From Octopus sinensis (Eukaryota): 64,000 bases of DNA. The DNA is taken from positions 20,088,001-20,152,000 of the forward strand of contig NC_043017.1 in the NCBI RefSeq assembly GCF_006345805.1. The letters run 5' to 3'. This document shows, piece by piece, positions 26,240 to 40,248 of the stretch. Under the pieces are notes generated by a model. That model was given only the letters and a program-made list of their open reading frames with translations, had not been told where the DNA came from and did not search any database. The first letter of the stretch is position 1; the number at the start of each line of letters is the position of its first letter. The position numbers and the translations under genes were made by a program.

Positions 26240-26615
26240 TTTATTTGTTTCAGTCATTTGACTGTGGCCATGCTGGACCTTTTAGTCAAACAAATCAACC
26301 CCAGGACTTATTCTTTGTAAGCTTAGTACTTATTCTATCAGTCTCTCTTGCTGAACCACTAAGTTACGGGGACGTAAACACACCAACATCGGTTGTCAAG
26401 CGATGGTGAAGGGACAAACACAGACACAAATAACAAATACACACACACACACACACATTCGATGGGCTTCTTTCAGTTTCTATCTAGTAACTTCGCTCAC
26501 AAGGCTTTGCTTATCCAGGAACTATACTAGAAGTCATTTGTCTCCAAGGTGCTGCACAGCAGAACTGAACCCAAGATCTCAAGGTTAGAAAGCAAGCTTC
26601 TTAACCACACAGCCA
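26240..26615 (-). mobile_element. Family C SINE, full length
   Basis: TTTGTTTCAGTCATTTGACTGTGGCCATGC through CCACACAGCCA, with internal (CA)n. Confidence 0.85.
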
Positions 26616-27107
26616 CACTGGTGCTTGTTGTGATAAATGAGTTTTTTTTTTTTTTTTTTTTTTGCAGAGTGTTTTGAAGAAGGGAAAATGTACTGCAAGA
26701 ATTGTTATGTAAAGAAATTGGTCTGGACCAATAAACAGGAAACAACATCAAAGGAAAACAAATATTCTATATTGAGAGGTTGAGAGTTTGGTTAAATATG
26801 TGTTAAGGAGTTTTGGAAGGCGTCATCGCAAGAAACAGAGAAGACGGGTGGTGTAAAAACAATAACAAACTCACACACACATGGGCACATACACTTTTAT
26901 ACATATGTACATCCCTGTGTGCACACATATATGTATACACACAAAGACGATATTATTGTTTTGAGTTTGTAAGAAGGCTGTTAGACTATTAGTTCTTTGA
27001 ATAATGGTAAAATGATGAAGAGGTGCCATTGTAAAAAAGTATTTTTGGATAATGACACGATAACAAAATTGAATTAACATACGTAGATGGAAAGTTTTCT
27101 ACATACC

Positions 27108-27146
<39 letters not shown>

Positions 27147-27224
27147 CACATATACATACATATGCATGTATGTGTATATATATATGTATATATATATATC
27201 TATAGATATATATGTATGTATATG

Positions 27225-27255
<31 letters not shown>

Positions 27256-27450
27256 GAATGTATTTACATATATATATATACACACAGACACTATATGTAT
27301 GTGTATGCGTGTATGTGTGTGTGTATATATATATCTGTGGTATATGTATGTGTTTGTATATAAGTGTGTACATATATACATACACACACATACAGAGTAC
27401 ATAGAATGTGTGTGTGTACATTCCACCACAAACCTCAGAAAAAAAAAAAA

Positions 27451-27485
<35 letters not shown>

Positions 27486-27991
27486 TAATAAAGACAGCAA
27501 TAATTACAAGCGTGTAATTGAAATTTCTAAGAAGTATGACAAAGAGCATGACGACAAATAGTAGGTTAAAATATATTTATGATATAAATATTGTTTACAT
27601 TGTGGCAAAGAAGCAAGGGTGGAGGGAAATTTTCTCAGGGTGAGGAGAAAGAGGTGTAACCCTTTTGATGCTAACCAGCCTGAGACCGCCCCCTGGTGCA
27701 AAGATACAGACTTGCTGTTTTGATGTGAGCTACATTGTGAACTTCAATAAAAATTTTACAGGGTGTGCGCTAGTTGACTACATCGACCCCAGCGCTAGAC
27801 TGGTGTGTTTTATTTGACTCCAAAAGGATGAAAGGCAAAGTTGACCTTGGCAGAATTTGAACTAAGAACAGAACAAGCCAGGAGAAATACTGCAAAACAC
27901 TTTTTTCTGACACTGTGACGATGATTCTCTGAATCCACTGCCCTATAAAATAATCCATCCATCCATCCATCCATACATACACACATACATA

Positions 27992-28209
27992 TGAGGGAGT
28001 ACTGAAAAGTTCCTGTCTCTAACGGTTTTGCGAAATACCTAGTTGGCGGTCCAAACGCCTGAGTTCTTTTACAGGGCTTAGAAAAAACTAAAGGACCACT
28101 GCAATAAGTGTGTGAATCTGAGAGAGGAATATGTTGAATAAAATCATAATTAACTGATCCTCCTGTATTTTCTTTTACCCAAAGCCAGAAATTTCTTGGC
28201 ACCCATTCG
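27992..28209 (+). mobile_element. Mariner internal-deletion derivative
   Basis: TA|TGAGGGAGTACTGAAAAGTTCCTG left TIR and CCAGAAATTTCTTGGCACCCATTCG|TA right TIR; retains the transposase C-terminus LKDHCNKCVNLREEYVE* (mariner-type ending). Confidence 0.8.
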
Positions 28210-28240
28210 TAAATATGTGTGTATATATATATATATATAC

Positions 28241-28658
28241 AGGAGTGGCTGTGTGGTAAGTAGCATGCTTACCAGCCACATGGTTCCAGGTTCAGTCCCA
28301 CTGTGTGGCATCTTGGGCAAATGTCTTCTACTATAGCCTCGGGCCGACCAAAACCTTGTGAGTGGATTTGGTAGACGGAAACTGAAAGAAGCCCGTCGTA
28401 TATATGCATATATATATATATATATGCATATGTGTGCTTGTGTGTCTGTGTTTGTCCGCCTAGCATTGCTTGACAACCGATGCTGGTATGTTTATGTCTC
28501 CATTACTTAGTGGTTCGGCAAAAGAGACCAATAGAATAAGTACAGGGCTTACAAAAGAATAAGTCTTGGGGTCGAGTTGCTCGATTAAAAGGCGGTGCTC
28601 TAGCATGGCCGCAGTCAAATGACTGAAACAAGTAAAAGAGTAAAAGAGAGTAAAGAGT
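28241..28658 (+). mobile_element. Family C SINE, young full-length copy
   Basis: AGGAGTGGCTGTGTGGTAAGTAGC head, B-box GGTTCAGTCCC, CORE-like TTGGGCAAATGTCTT, internal (TA)n, GAGTAAAA-type tail. Confidence 0.9.
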
Positions 28659-29253
28659 ATATATACATATATTTATATATAACTTATAAATAAGGGCAAA
28701 AGAAAAAAATTTCTATGTCAAATATTCCGACAATAGAGTTTAAATCGTCAATAATCACATATAATTCATCAGCTTACTTCGAGACATGTGCTTGTAGTGA
28801 TGAATTATATGTGGTTATTGACGACTTAAAGTCTTTTCTTGGCATATTTGGCATGGAAATTTTTTTTCTTTTGCCCTTATTTATAAGTTGTTTATAATTT
28901 TTACCTTAAAAGGTATTTTTTTAATATGCTGGCCACTGACAAAATTTTTTGAAAATTTTATCCTATATTAGATGATATATTTATATATGCAATACACCAC
29001 GTCTAAAAACCTTTGAACTTTACGTAAAACTGCTGCTATTATTGTCATTACTTTATTTTTATATTTCTAAACTTTCCTGTATTTTTTGGTCTTCCACACA
29101 TTTTTTTCTCTCCTTGTGTTTTCTGTGTCCCTTTCTATAGAAGAGCATAGGCTCGAAATGTAAAAGTCTTTTTCCATTCCTGAGCATTATACTAATACAT
29201 CTGTTTGTTTTGTACACCACCTGTCTTCGTCTTTTGTTTTTTTCGTAAACTCT

Positions 29254-29296
<43 letters not shown>

Positions 29297-29632
29297 ATAT
29301 ATGTATAAATATATACATAAATACATATATGTATGCACACATATATATATATATATATCTGTATAAATATATACACATACAGACACATATCTATATATTA
29401 ATATCTATATACATATGTGTGTGCATATGTATGATATATATATATATACATGCATATATACAGACATATGCATATAAATATATAGATATGCATATATACG
29501 TAGATGTATGTGAGTATGTCTATACATAAACATACATGTATATATATACATATATATATATATATACATACATACATAAATACATACATATATATATACA
29601 CATATACATTATACATTCATACATAAATACAC

Positions 29633-29676
<44 letters not shown>

Positions 29677-29720
29677 ATATACATATATATATATATATAA
29701 ATATATATATGTATATACAT

Positions 29721-29751
<31 letters not shown>

Positions 29752-29869
29752 CGCATACATATACATGCATAAATATATATATATATACATATATAAATAC
29801 ATATATAAATGCATATATGGATATATATATATATATATACATACATACATATACATACATAAATATATA

Positions 29870-29902
<33 letters not shown>

Positions 29903-29945
29903 CATACATATATACATATACATGCATACATACATACACACACAC

Positions 29946-29988
<43 letters not shown>

Positions 29989-30261
29989 CATACTTTCATT
30001 TTAGGTCTGATATCAGTGACGTGGACATAATAACACGGTTCTGGTTACTTCAAGCTGTTGTTGTTGACATCTTTGTAGAAGCGGTAGAAAAAAAACCAAT
30101 TCCACAAAAAAAAAAGCTCACACTCACATGAAAATGCAAATGCAGAGCGACAGAATAATATGGAATAATTATACTAATTATAGTTAATTATCGGAGAGTT
30201 TGGTTTCAATGAGAAATGGAAATGAATGCAATCGATTGGAAGCTGAAAGAATAACCACAAT

Positions 30262-30488
30262 AATTTTCTTTTATTTGCCACAAGGGCAATCTTTCTGTTC
30301 TAAGTACAAGACCAGTAATTTCGGGTGGAAGGGGAGCAAGTCAATTGCATTGACCCCCAGTACTCAACTGGTACTTGTTTTGTTGACCTTGAAAGGATGA
30401 AAAGCAAAGTTGATCTCATCAGGATTTGAACTCGGGAACATACAGATGGATGAAATGCTGTGGTAAAGATTCTGCCAGCTCGCTACCT
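30262..30488 (-). mobile_element. Family M SINE
   Basis: Reverse-complement central module and GATTCTGCCAGCTCGCTACC head. Confidence 0.75.
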
Positions 30489-31754
30489 TTTTCAACTATA
30501 GTAATATTGGTAATAGCAATAATATTGAGAATGACGATGGTGATGATGATGATGACGTTGATGATGACAATGATGATGATGATGGTGATGTTGATGATGA
30601 CAATGATGATGATGATGATGCTGATGCTGATGGTGTTGTTTGTTAGCGAGATTGCTGAAATTGATAACGGTGATTGGTATAGACAGTTGTAGTCTGATGT
30701 GATCATTGATGGTTAACATCTTGATATGCCTCACTAACCTCCTCCTCCTCATCTTCCTCATCATCATCATCATCAGTGCCATAGCTACAGCCCCCCCTCC
30801 TCTTCCTCCTCCTCCTCCTTCCCATCTGCATCATCACCATCACCATCACCATCATCATCAGTGGTGTTGTCGTCATCACCCCCACCTCTACTCCCACCAC
30901 CACCACTAACCATCATCTGTTATCATTCTATCATAACCGTATCATCAAAGTTTTTGCGACATTGTTATTAGATTTGTCATCATTGCTGTCATCATCACCC
31001 ATCATTATCGTTATCAGCATCATCATCACCATCATCATGATTATTGTAATCGAGAAAGCTACCATCTATTTGTTGCTGTTGTTGTTGTTGTGAGAGTGAT
31101 GGAAGAAGTTCAATGACTGAAGACTTAGGACTTAGAATGTCTTCAGCTGGAATCAACTTGAGACTTGAAACCTCTGGGGAGGGACCGAGCAGGTGGCCCC
31201 CGTGAGGACAAGTTTAGTCAAGGAGCGATTTGCATTTCCGGCTGGAATAAGTTTCAACATTGGGGGAAAAAGAAAACAAAACGATGCTTCATTGGGACAT
31301 TAACACCAATGCCATCATTATTGTGGACATCGTCATCGTCATCATCATCATCATTTTCATCATCATCATCATCCTCACCACCATTATCATCATCCCCACT
31401 ATAACTGCCACCACCATTATCATTGTCACCAACACCATTGTCATCATCACCACCACCACCACCATTTTCATCATCATCATCATCATCATCACCACCACCA
31501 CCACCATTGTTATTCTTATCATTATCATCCTTCACCACCATTATCATCACCTCCACTACTACCACCAACACCATTGTTGTCACTATCATCATCATCATCA
31601 TCATCACTACGACCATTTTCATCATCATCACCACCACCACCACCACCATTACTATTCTCATCATCATCATCACCACCACCATTGCTATTCTTATCATCAT
31701 CATTATCATCATCACCACCATTGTCATCATCATCCTCACTACCATTATCGTCAC

Positions 31755-31785
<31 letters not shown>

Positions 31786-32062
31786 ACCACCACCACCATC
31801 ATCATCATCATCGTTATTGGTAATTGCTTCCAATTTAGGCCCAAGGCCAGCAATTGAAACGGAAAGGGTAACCTGATAAGATAACCCCACTCCCACCCTT
31901 TCCTTGATTGGAACCCTATTTCATTGACCCTGCAGGGATGGAATGACAAAACTGATCTTTGTAGGATTTCAATTTAGAATGGAAAATATCAGAAGTGATT
32001 CTGCAAGACATTGTTTTCCAATTCTCTGACAGGTTCAGATGGATTGCTCCCTTGATGAGACT

Positions 32063-32533
32063 GATTTCAAATTTTGGCACAAGGTTAGCGATTTCAGGGA
32101 TGGGGATAAGTCGGTTACATTGATCCCCACCCCACCCACTGCTCAAATGGTACTTATTCTATTGAAGGCGGCGAGCTAGCAGAAACGTTAGCACGCCGGT
32201 TGAAATGCTTAGCGGTATTTCATCTGCGTTACGTTGTGAGTTCAAATTCCGCTGAGGTCGACTTTGCCTTTAATCCTTTCGGGGTCGATAAATTAAGTAC
32301 CAGTTACACACTGGGGTCGATGTAATCGACTTAATACCTATGTCTGTCCTTGTTTGTCCCCTCTGTGTTTAGCCCCTTGTGGCTAATAAAGAAATAGGTA
32401 CTTATTCTATTGACCCCTCAAGGACGAGAAGCAAAGTTGACCTTGGCAAAATTTGAACTCAGAACGTACAGACAGATGAAATGCCACTGAATATTTTTCT
32501 CAGCATGCTAAGGTTTCTGCCAGCCCACCACCT
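32063..32533 (-). mobile_element. Older family M SINE hosting a nested insertion
   Basis: Tail at 32063; the body resumes after 32413 through to the head at 32533. Confidence 0.8.
32166..32396 (+). mobile_element. Young family M SINE (tail B) with 17-bp TSD
   Basis: GGTACTTATTCTATTGA at 32149-32165 and 32397-32413. Confidence 0.92.
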
Positions 32534-32572
32534 TACATAATAATAATAATAATGATAATAATAATAATAATA

Positions 32573-32619
<47 letters not shown>

Positions 32620-32630
32620 TAATAATAATG

Positions 32631-32661
<31 letters not shown>

Positions 32662-32678
32662 TAACAATAATAATAATG

Positions 32679-32720
<42 letters not shown>

Positions 32721-33687
32721 GATGAACCAACCAACTGACCAACAAGCCATTAGTAGTTTGGTTAAAAAGTTACAGTATCTTATTCTTTGTTTTGTTTTTT
32801 TTAGATTTATAGATATTTTGTGTTTTGTTTATCGTTGTTATTTTTCTTTTTATGATTTCTGATGAAATCCAAACTTAGAACAATTTTCAAACATCAAACA
32901 TTCACGCAAATACAAGAAAGACAACTTCAAATGATCTCCCTCCTTGCCCACCACTCAATAAAAATATAAAAATATGACAAAAAAACAAAACAAAAGGGAG
33001 TAAAAAATGGCCAACAGTTCTACCAAATTCTTGAAAGTGATTTCCTGATTTTAGCTCTACTGGAATAGATGGGAATAAGATATTTCTTTAATCCTTTTAT
33101 TCCTTTATTCCCTTCATGCTTCTGATTACCATCTCTGTAACCACTTATGCTACCACCACCACCACCACCAACAACAACAACTCCACCACCCACAGTTGCC
33201 ACCATCACTATTGCTGCTACCACCACCACCACCACCACTGATGCCACTACTACAACCACCACCACTTCTGTCACTACTACAACCACCACCACTATCACTA
33301 CACTGCCATCACCACCACCACCACCACCACCACCACCACCACCACCACCACTGATGCCACTACTACAACCACCACCACCACCACCACTGATGCCACTACT
33401 ACAACCACCACCACTTCTGTCACTACTACAACCACCACCACTATCACTACACTGCCATCACCACCACCACCACCACCACCACCACCATCCTTAATGCTAA
33501 CAAGAGCAAATACTTCTGCTAACACTGCTACTACCATGATGAACACCACTCTAACACCACCACCAACACAACCACCATCACCATGTTCAACATCACTATC
33601 AGTGTCACTACCAGTCATATATGACTTGATACTACTACCTCTACTATCACCTTCAACGTCACCACCACCACTGCCACAGTTACCAAT

Positions 33688-33727
<40 letters not shown>

Positions 33728-34279
33728 CCACAAACACCACCACCACTGCCATCACCTTCACCGTCATCCCAGGTCCGTGGTCCCAGAGACATCATCATGC
33801 ATAGAGCCTACTAGGTGTACCAGTGCTCATCAACTGCTGGCCATCCTATGCCAGCCCCTCGGCATCCTCAGAGGTGATGTCGAGCTTGTGTAGGGCATCT
33901 TTTTGGCCCCTTCATATGGATTTATAAACATGGAAGGCTTTAGATGAGCAGGAACTAGGCGAGGAGTTTTTTTCACAATATTAAGGAGAGGGCGAGAGGG
34001 AAGAGGAGGTGAGGAGGTGGTGGAGGAGGGAGTTGGAGAGGAGGAGTGGAGGTGGCGGTTAGGGAGGAGGAGAGGGGGAGGTTGGGGAGGATGAGGAGGA
34101 GAAGGAGGAGAGTGAAGAGAAGAGAAAGGTAAGGAGGGTGGGGAGGTGGAGAGAAGGAGGAGGAAGAGGAAAAGGAGGAGGAAGAGGAGGAAGCAACTGG
34201 CTGCGTTCACTGAAGATGAAATGGGAAGACAAAAACTTTCAACATTTGATGAGAATTAGAAAATAGAAATGAAGAAAGT

Positions 34280-34315
<36 letters not shown>

Positions 34316-35778
34316 AAGAGAGAGAGGGAGGGATGGAGGGAGGGATGGAGGGAGGAAGAGCACTGGGTGGCCTTACCAGCTGATTACAGAAAGGCTGGCC
34401 TAGTGACATGCTAAACTGCATGTGAGACTAACACCATCACCATCATCATCATCATCACAACCATCATCACACCCCTCATCACCACCAACGCCACTATCTA
34501 CTACTACTACTACTACTACTACTACCATCACATTCATTATCACCATTGCCACCACAACCACAACCACAAACAGCACCACCACCATCACCACCATCTCTAT
34601 GTCTGACTACCCCCCACCCCACCCTCCACCCCAGCTCGGCATAAACCACAATCTCTGACATCACCATCACTACCATCAGAAATCCCCCCCACCACCACCA
34701 ACACCACCACTACCAATGCCACTATGACTAACACCATTACCATTGCTACTGATACCCCCTACCATCACTACCACAACTGCTACTACTACTACTACTACTA
34801 CCATCATTACCGCCACCACCGCCGCCACCACCGGCACCACCAGCACCAGCACCACCGCCACAGCCAATGTAAATCTTGTAGCAACTGTTGAAGCCGTAAC
34901 TATTCTTTACCATTCTCTACAACAAACAACGCCATGTAAGTCAATCACAACTCACTGTTTGCGTTTAACCATGCGTTGAAATTCTGCATGATTGATCAGG
35001 CCAACCAACCAACCAGGCAGCCAGCCAGCCAACAAAATGGCACACACACACACAACACACACACACACAAACAAACACACACATGCACACAAGCATCTGT
35101 CTAATCTCCATAGGTGCTTAAGAAAGTGTGCAATCGGATTAACTAGTGCCGCATGAACGAACTGGCTGCAGGCAAAATGGTGCTAATTTCTGAGAGTTCT
35201 AGATTTCCAAAACAAAAGCAAACTACTTAACCTAATCAAAGACATAATTTTTACTCGGGTCATATTTACCTAATTACCTGCAACTCCCACTCTGTCTCAC
35301 CGCCCACTTCTGACACCACCACCACCACTATCACCACCGCCACCATCAATAGCATCACAGCTGTGCTGTTTATGACAGGTGTGTGCGTGTGTGTTTGCGG
35401 GTGAAGACGTGAAAGCACGTGGCCTGGTGGTTAGGGTGTTGCATGAACAATCTCTAGACCGTGGGTTCGATTCCTGGACCAGGCCTCGTGTTCATTTCAC
35501 GCTTCTGTATATGTATCTTGCTTAGGCTTTGCAAGACTAATAACCTGGTGAAGGACTCAATATGTGTATGCTTTTGATTAAAGTGTTAGCTGAGTACAGA
35601 GTGGTAATAAGAAAAAAAGAGATAGCAAAGAGATAGATGGCTATCTTATGAAATTCATTAGCTTACAGCTGTTTTCACTATAAGATGCAGTGGTGTCATA
35701 GCTGAGTGTCTGAGTAACACCTTGCAGCTTCATCAGAGCCTCAAACATGAAGTACTATTTATTTGTCTTATATATATG

Positions 35779-35942
35779 TTTCTTTATTACCCACAAGGGG
35801 CTAAACATAGAGGGGACATACAAGGACAGACAAAGGGATTGAGTCGATTATATCGACCCCAGTGCGTAACTGGTACTTAATTTATCGACCCCGAAAGGAT
35901 GAAAGGCAAAGTTGACCTCAGCGGAATTTGAACTCAGAATGT
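35779..35942 (-). mobile_element. Family M SINE, tail B, head missing
   Basis: TTTCTTTATTACCCACAAGGGGCTAAAC...GGAATTTGAACTCAGAATG. Confidence 0.85.
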
Positions 35943-36526
35943 TCACTATTGCACTACTGCTCCTAGTACTACTCCCTATTCAGTTGAAGGATCTTGGTCT
36001 TGCAAATTCCTTGGTGACCCTGCTGGTGCTGGTGCCATGTAAAAAAGCACCCATTACACCCTGTAAAGTGGTTGGCATTAGGAAGGACACCCAACCTTAG
36101 AAACCTGGCCAAAGCTTGGGCCCTAGAGCTTGTTGATGTTTTTTGTGTTGCCACCCCCTGTCAAATCATCCAAACTAGACCAGCATGGAGGGTGGATGTT
36201 GAATGAGGAGAAGGGTGAAGATGATTATGACGATGATGTATAGCAAAACAGTTTTCTTGGGTTAAATAAATATAGGACAGACCCAACATCAGAAGAAAGG
36301 ACAAGGGGAAGGGCAGAAACTTCAATCGGAGAAGTGGAGAAGGGGGCATATAATAGTGAGAGGATAGAGAGAAGGGCCACAAGGTTTGCAAAGAGAGGAG
36401 AAGGAGGAGAAGGAAGAAGAGGAGAAGGAAGAGAAAGTTCTTTGTACATAATATATTAAGTCAGTAATATAAACTAATAATGATTAATAACACACACACA
36501 CACATATGTAGTACACTTACAGACAC

Positions 36527-36973
36527 AAGAGAGAGAGGGAGAGAAAGGAGAGAGAGAGGGAGAGAAAGAGAGAAGAGACGAGAGCAAGAGAGGGAAAGAG
36601 AGAAGAGAGAAGAGAGAGAGGAGAGAGAAGAGAGGAGAGAGAAAGAGGAGAGAGAGAGAGAAGAGAGAAGAGAAGAAGGAGAGAGAGAGGAGAGTGAGAG
36701 AAAGAGAGAGGGGAGGGAGAAAGAGGAGAGGGGAGCGAGGGAGAGAGGAGAGAGTGGGGGAGAGAGAGAGAAAGAAGGGCGAGAGATGGGAGAGAGAGAG
36801 AGAGTGGAGAGAGAGAAGACGAGAGAGAAGAGAGGGAGACAGAGACAGAAAGGGGGAGGGAGAGAGAGAGGGAGAACCAGAAAAGAGAGGGAGAGACAGA
36901 AGAGAGAACAGAAGAGAGAGGAGAGAGAGGAGAGAAGAGAGGAGAGAAAGAGAAGGGAGAGAGAGAGAGAGAG

Positions 36974-37009
<36 letters not shown>
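36527..37009. repeat. ~480-bp polypurine (GA-rich) tract
   Basis: Plus strand almost entirely A/G; source of the E/R-rich and L/S-rich artefact ORFs. Confidence 0.9.
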
Positions 37010-37011
<2 letters not shown>

Positions 37012-37596
37012 GTTCCATTCTGAGCTGCTGCTATTCTCTGCAAGACCATTGTGTTTGGGATGTTGCCATTTCCAGAAGAGGGGGGGGGAGAATGGTTTTA
37101 ACACTTTCGTGACTCTGTTTCTCATAACCAGACTGCCTGTGTGGTTCAATTAATTTTCGTTTTTGTTCAATATAATCAATATTTTTGAGAGGATTAGTTA
37201 ATAAAATATATCTCCAACAACAACCACACATACACACACACATACATATATATACACAAGCACACATACACACATATATATACATACAAACACACACACT
37301 CACATACACATGGATACGCATATACACACACACTCACTCCCACATATATCTTTTATCTTCAATCTTTTATTTGTTTTAGCTATTAGATTGTGGCCATGCT
37401 GGGGCACCAGCTTAAAGAATTTGTAGACGAATGAATCAATGCCAGTACTTGTCTTTTTTAAACATGGCACTTATTCTATCAATGTCGTTTGCCAAACTGC
37501 TAGGTTGCAGGGACTTAAACACATCAAAACCATTGTCAAGTGGAAAGTGGGGGGACAAACAAATTGCTTGGGAAATTTAATTTATGAAAAATCTAA

Positions 37597-37807
37597 TACT
37601 CTTTACTTTTTACTCTTTTACTTGTTTCAGTCATTTGACTGCGGCCATGCTGGCGCACCGCCTTTAATCGAGCAACTCAACCCCGGGTCTTATTCTTTTG
37701 TAAGCCCCGTACTTATTCTATCGGCCTCTTTGCCGAACCGCTAAGTGATGGGGACATAAACACACCAGCATCGGTTGTCAAGCGATGGTGGGAGGGGACA
37801 AACACAG

Positions 37808-37860
<53 letters not shown>

Positions 37861-38019
37861 CGATGGGCTTCTTTCAGTTTCCGTCTACCAAATCCACTCA
37901 CAAGGCTTTGGTCGGCCCGAGGCTATAGTAGAAGACACTTGCCCAAGGTGCCACGCAGTGGGACTGAACCCGGAACCATGTGGTTGGTAAAGAAGCTACT
38001 TACCACACAGCCACTCCTG
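37597..38019 (-). mobile_element. Family C SINE, young full-length copy
   Basis: Near mirror of 28241-28658, with CpGs retained. Confidence 0.9.
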
Positions 38020-38394
38020 CGAAGATTATTTTTATGTGGAGGGATAATTAATTATAATTCTATAATGAGTTTATTAATAATTTTATTATGTATTTGTAAT
38101 ATGGGAGCTCCTCCATTTATTAATTTGCGTGTACACATGGAGATAGTACACACACACACACAAGATGGGCTTCTTTCTGTTTCCATCTACCAAATTCTCT
38201 CACAAGGCCCTGAGGCTATAGCGGAAGACACTTGCCCAAGGTGCCAATCAGTGGGACTGAACCCAGAACCATGAGGTTGGGAAGCAATTCCATATTTCCA
38301 GGTTCAGTCTGTGGTTTGTTTTCGACCAACTGAAATCTCGTTTTCATTCACGTTATCGTGAGATTTCGACACGAGATTTGAATTCAAATGTCGG

Positions 38395-38606
38395 CTTCAA
38401 ATTTTAGCACAAAGCCAGCAATTTCTGGGGCAGGGCTAAGTCAATTACCTCAACCCCAGTATTTCACTGGTACTTACTTCATCGACCCTGAAAGGACAAA
38501 AGGCAAAGTTGACCTCGGTAGGATTTGAACCCAGAACATAAAAATGGCTGAAATGTCACTAAACATTTTTCCTGGTGTATTAATGATTCTGCCAGCTCGT
38601 TGCCTT
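38395..38606 (-). mobile_element. Family M SINE
   Basis: Reverse-complement tail, central module and GATTCTGCCAGCTCGTTGCC head. Confidence 0.8.
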
Positions 38607-38779
38607 ATTTGGATTTAAATATAAACGACATTTTAATACGAACAGTTTTGGTAAAGTGGAATGGAAATGGCTTTCAATTATTGGTAGTTTGGTGAAGAAA
38701 TCGTTATTAAAACTGTATTAAATCAAAGATAATGATGGAGGTATAATAACTATTAGGATGATGTTAGTCATGGTGATAG

Positions 38780-38814
<35 letters not shown>

Positions 38815-39703
38815 GTGATGACGAAGATGGTAATATTGATGATTTTGATGATAATAGTCGAAGTGATGGTGATGATGATGATAATGATGATGATGATAAT
38901 GATGACGATGATAATGATGATGGGGATTATGACAATGACGATGATGTTGATGATGGGTGAGGATTATGATGATGATGATGATGGAGATGACGAAGATGGC
39001 AATATTGATGATTTTGATGATAATGGTCGAAGTGATGATGATGATGATGATGAAAATGATGGGGATTATGACAATGACGATGATGATGATAAGGATAATG
39101 ATAACAGTGATGATGATGATGATGATGATGATGGGTGGGGATTATGATGATGGTGATGATGGTGATGATGGCAACAATGCTTCTGTATGTTCTTTGTTAC
39201 TGCCAATAGTAGTGATGGTGGTTTTGACAGTGATGGTCATAGAACTGGAAGATATGATGGTGGCGGTGGAGGGAGCATCAGAAGCAGTTAGGTGTGGTGA
39301 TTTCTTTTTTTTTTTTTTGTTTTGATGCTTCTAGTAACATTGGCGCCAGTGATGGTGGCGGCGGTGGTGGCAGTAGTGGTGGTGGTGGTGGTGGTGGTGG
39401 TGGAAGTTCTAGGGATGATGGTAACAGCCAAGGCTGGGCGCTATGGATGGTGCTGCGATGATGTGGAGTGGGTGGTGTTGGGAATGGAGTTGGACGGGGG
39501 CGGGGGATGAGTAATTATATTCATGGAGACAGTGTCTTTGCAAACAAACAAATCCATTGGTAATCAACAACAACAACAACAACAACAATAATTCCTTTAT
39601 CAATGCAACAACTGAGGAGTGGGATATCATATTAAAATAATGTATAATGATGATAATGGTGTTAGTAATTTGTTTATATATGCACCAAGGAAGATGAAAC
39701 ATC

Positions 39704-39740
<37 letters not shown>

Positions 39741-39764
39741 TAATAATAACAATAACGATAATAA

Positions 39765-40187
39765 TGTGACCATGAGATAGAGAATAGGAAGCTAGACATA
39801 GCCTAAATTGAGAAAGAAAACAAACTATGTTGGATCATAGATATAGCATACCCAGTTGACAACAAGGCATGCGATAAGGAAGAAAGAAAAGTCGAGAGAT
39901 ATGACAGGTTAGCTTGGGAAGTTAAGCAGTTGCGGTTGATGAAAAAGGTAGCAGTAGTACCAATAATTGTTGGAGCCCTGGGAACAGTGAGCAAAAATCT
40001 CGAGAAGTATGTGGAACAAATAGGGGCTACAATAAGGGTGGAACACTTGCAGAAAACAGCACTGCTTGGAACCATTCAATACTCTGGAAGGTGCTCAAAA
40101 AATAAGAGATGTTACCTTAGTTCACTGGTAATGAACAGCTGACACTGTAGTACATCTCCAGTGTTAGAAGATGTGCAAAGGCAATAT
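39765..40187 (+). mobile_element. R4/Dong-type RLE retrotransposon 3' fragment, family 1, copy A
   Basis: Translates CDHEIENRKLDIA*IEKENKLCWIIDIAYPVDNKACDKEERKVERYDRLAWEVKQLRLMKKVAVVPIIVGALGTVSKNLEKYVEQIGATIRVEHLQKTALLGT, i.e. a degraded RKPD...D...K restriction-like endonuclease domain; (AAT)n on both sides. Confidence 0.9.
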
Positions 40188-40248
40188 AATAATAATAATA
40201 ATAATATAATAATAATAATAATAACAATAATAATAACAATAATAATAA

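Noticed and set aside
28241-28320. tRNA-like A/B-box sequences
   Set aside because: These are SINE heads continuing into SINE bodies; no standalone cloverleaf tRNA gene was found in the window.
31254-31949. Poly-His, poly-Met and poly-Asp ORFs (also 30400-30900, 33000-33800, 38758-39325)
   Set aside because: Trinucleotide tracts of CAT/CAC/GAT read in alternative frames.
33800-33960. Possible RTE ORF2 C-terminal remnant (DALHKLDITSEDAEGLA*)
   Set aside because: Resemblance too short and interrupted by stops to support a call without a search.
36461-37149. Long E/R-rich and L/S-rich ORFs (185-210 aa)
   Set aside because: Direct translation of a GA/CT tract, open in several frames on both strands.
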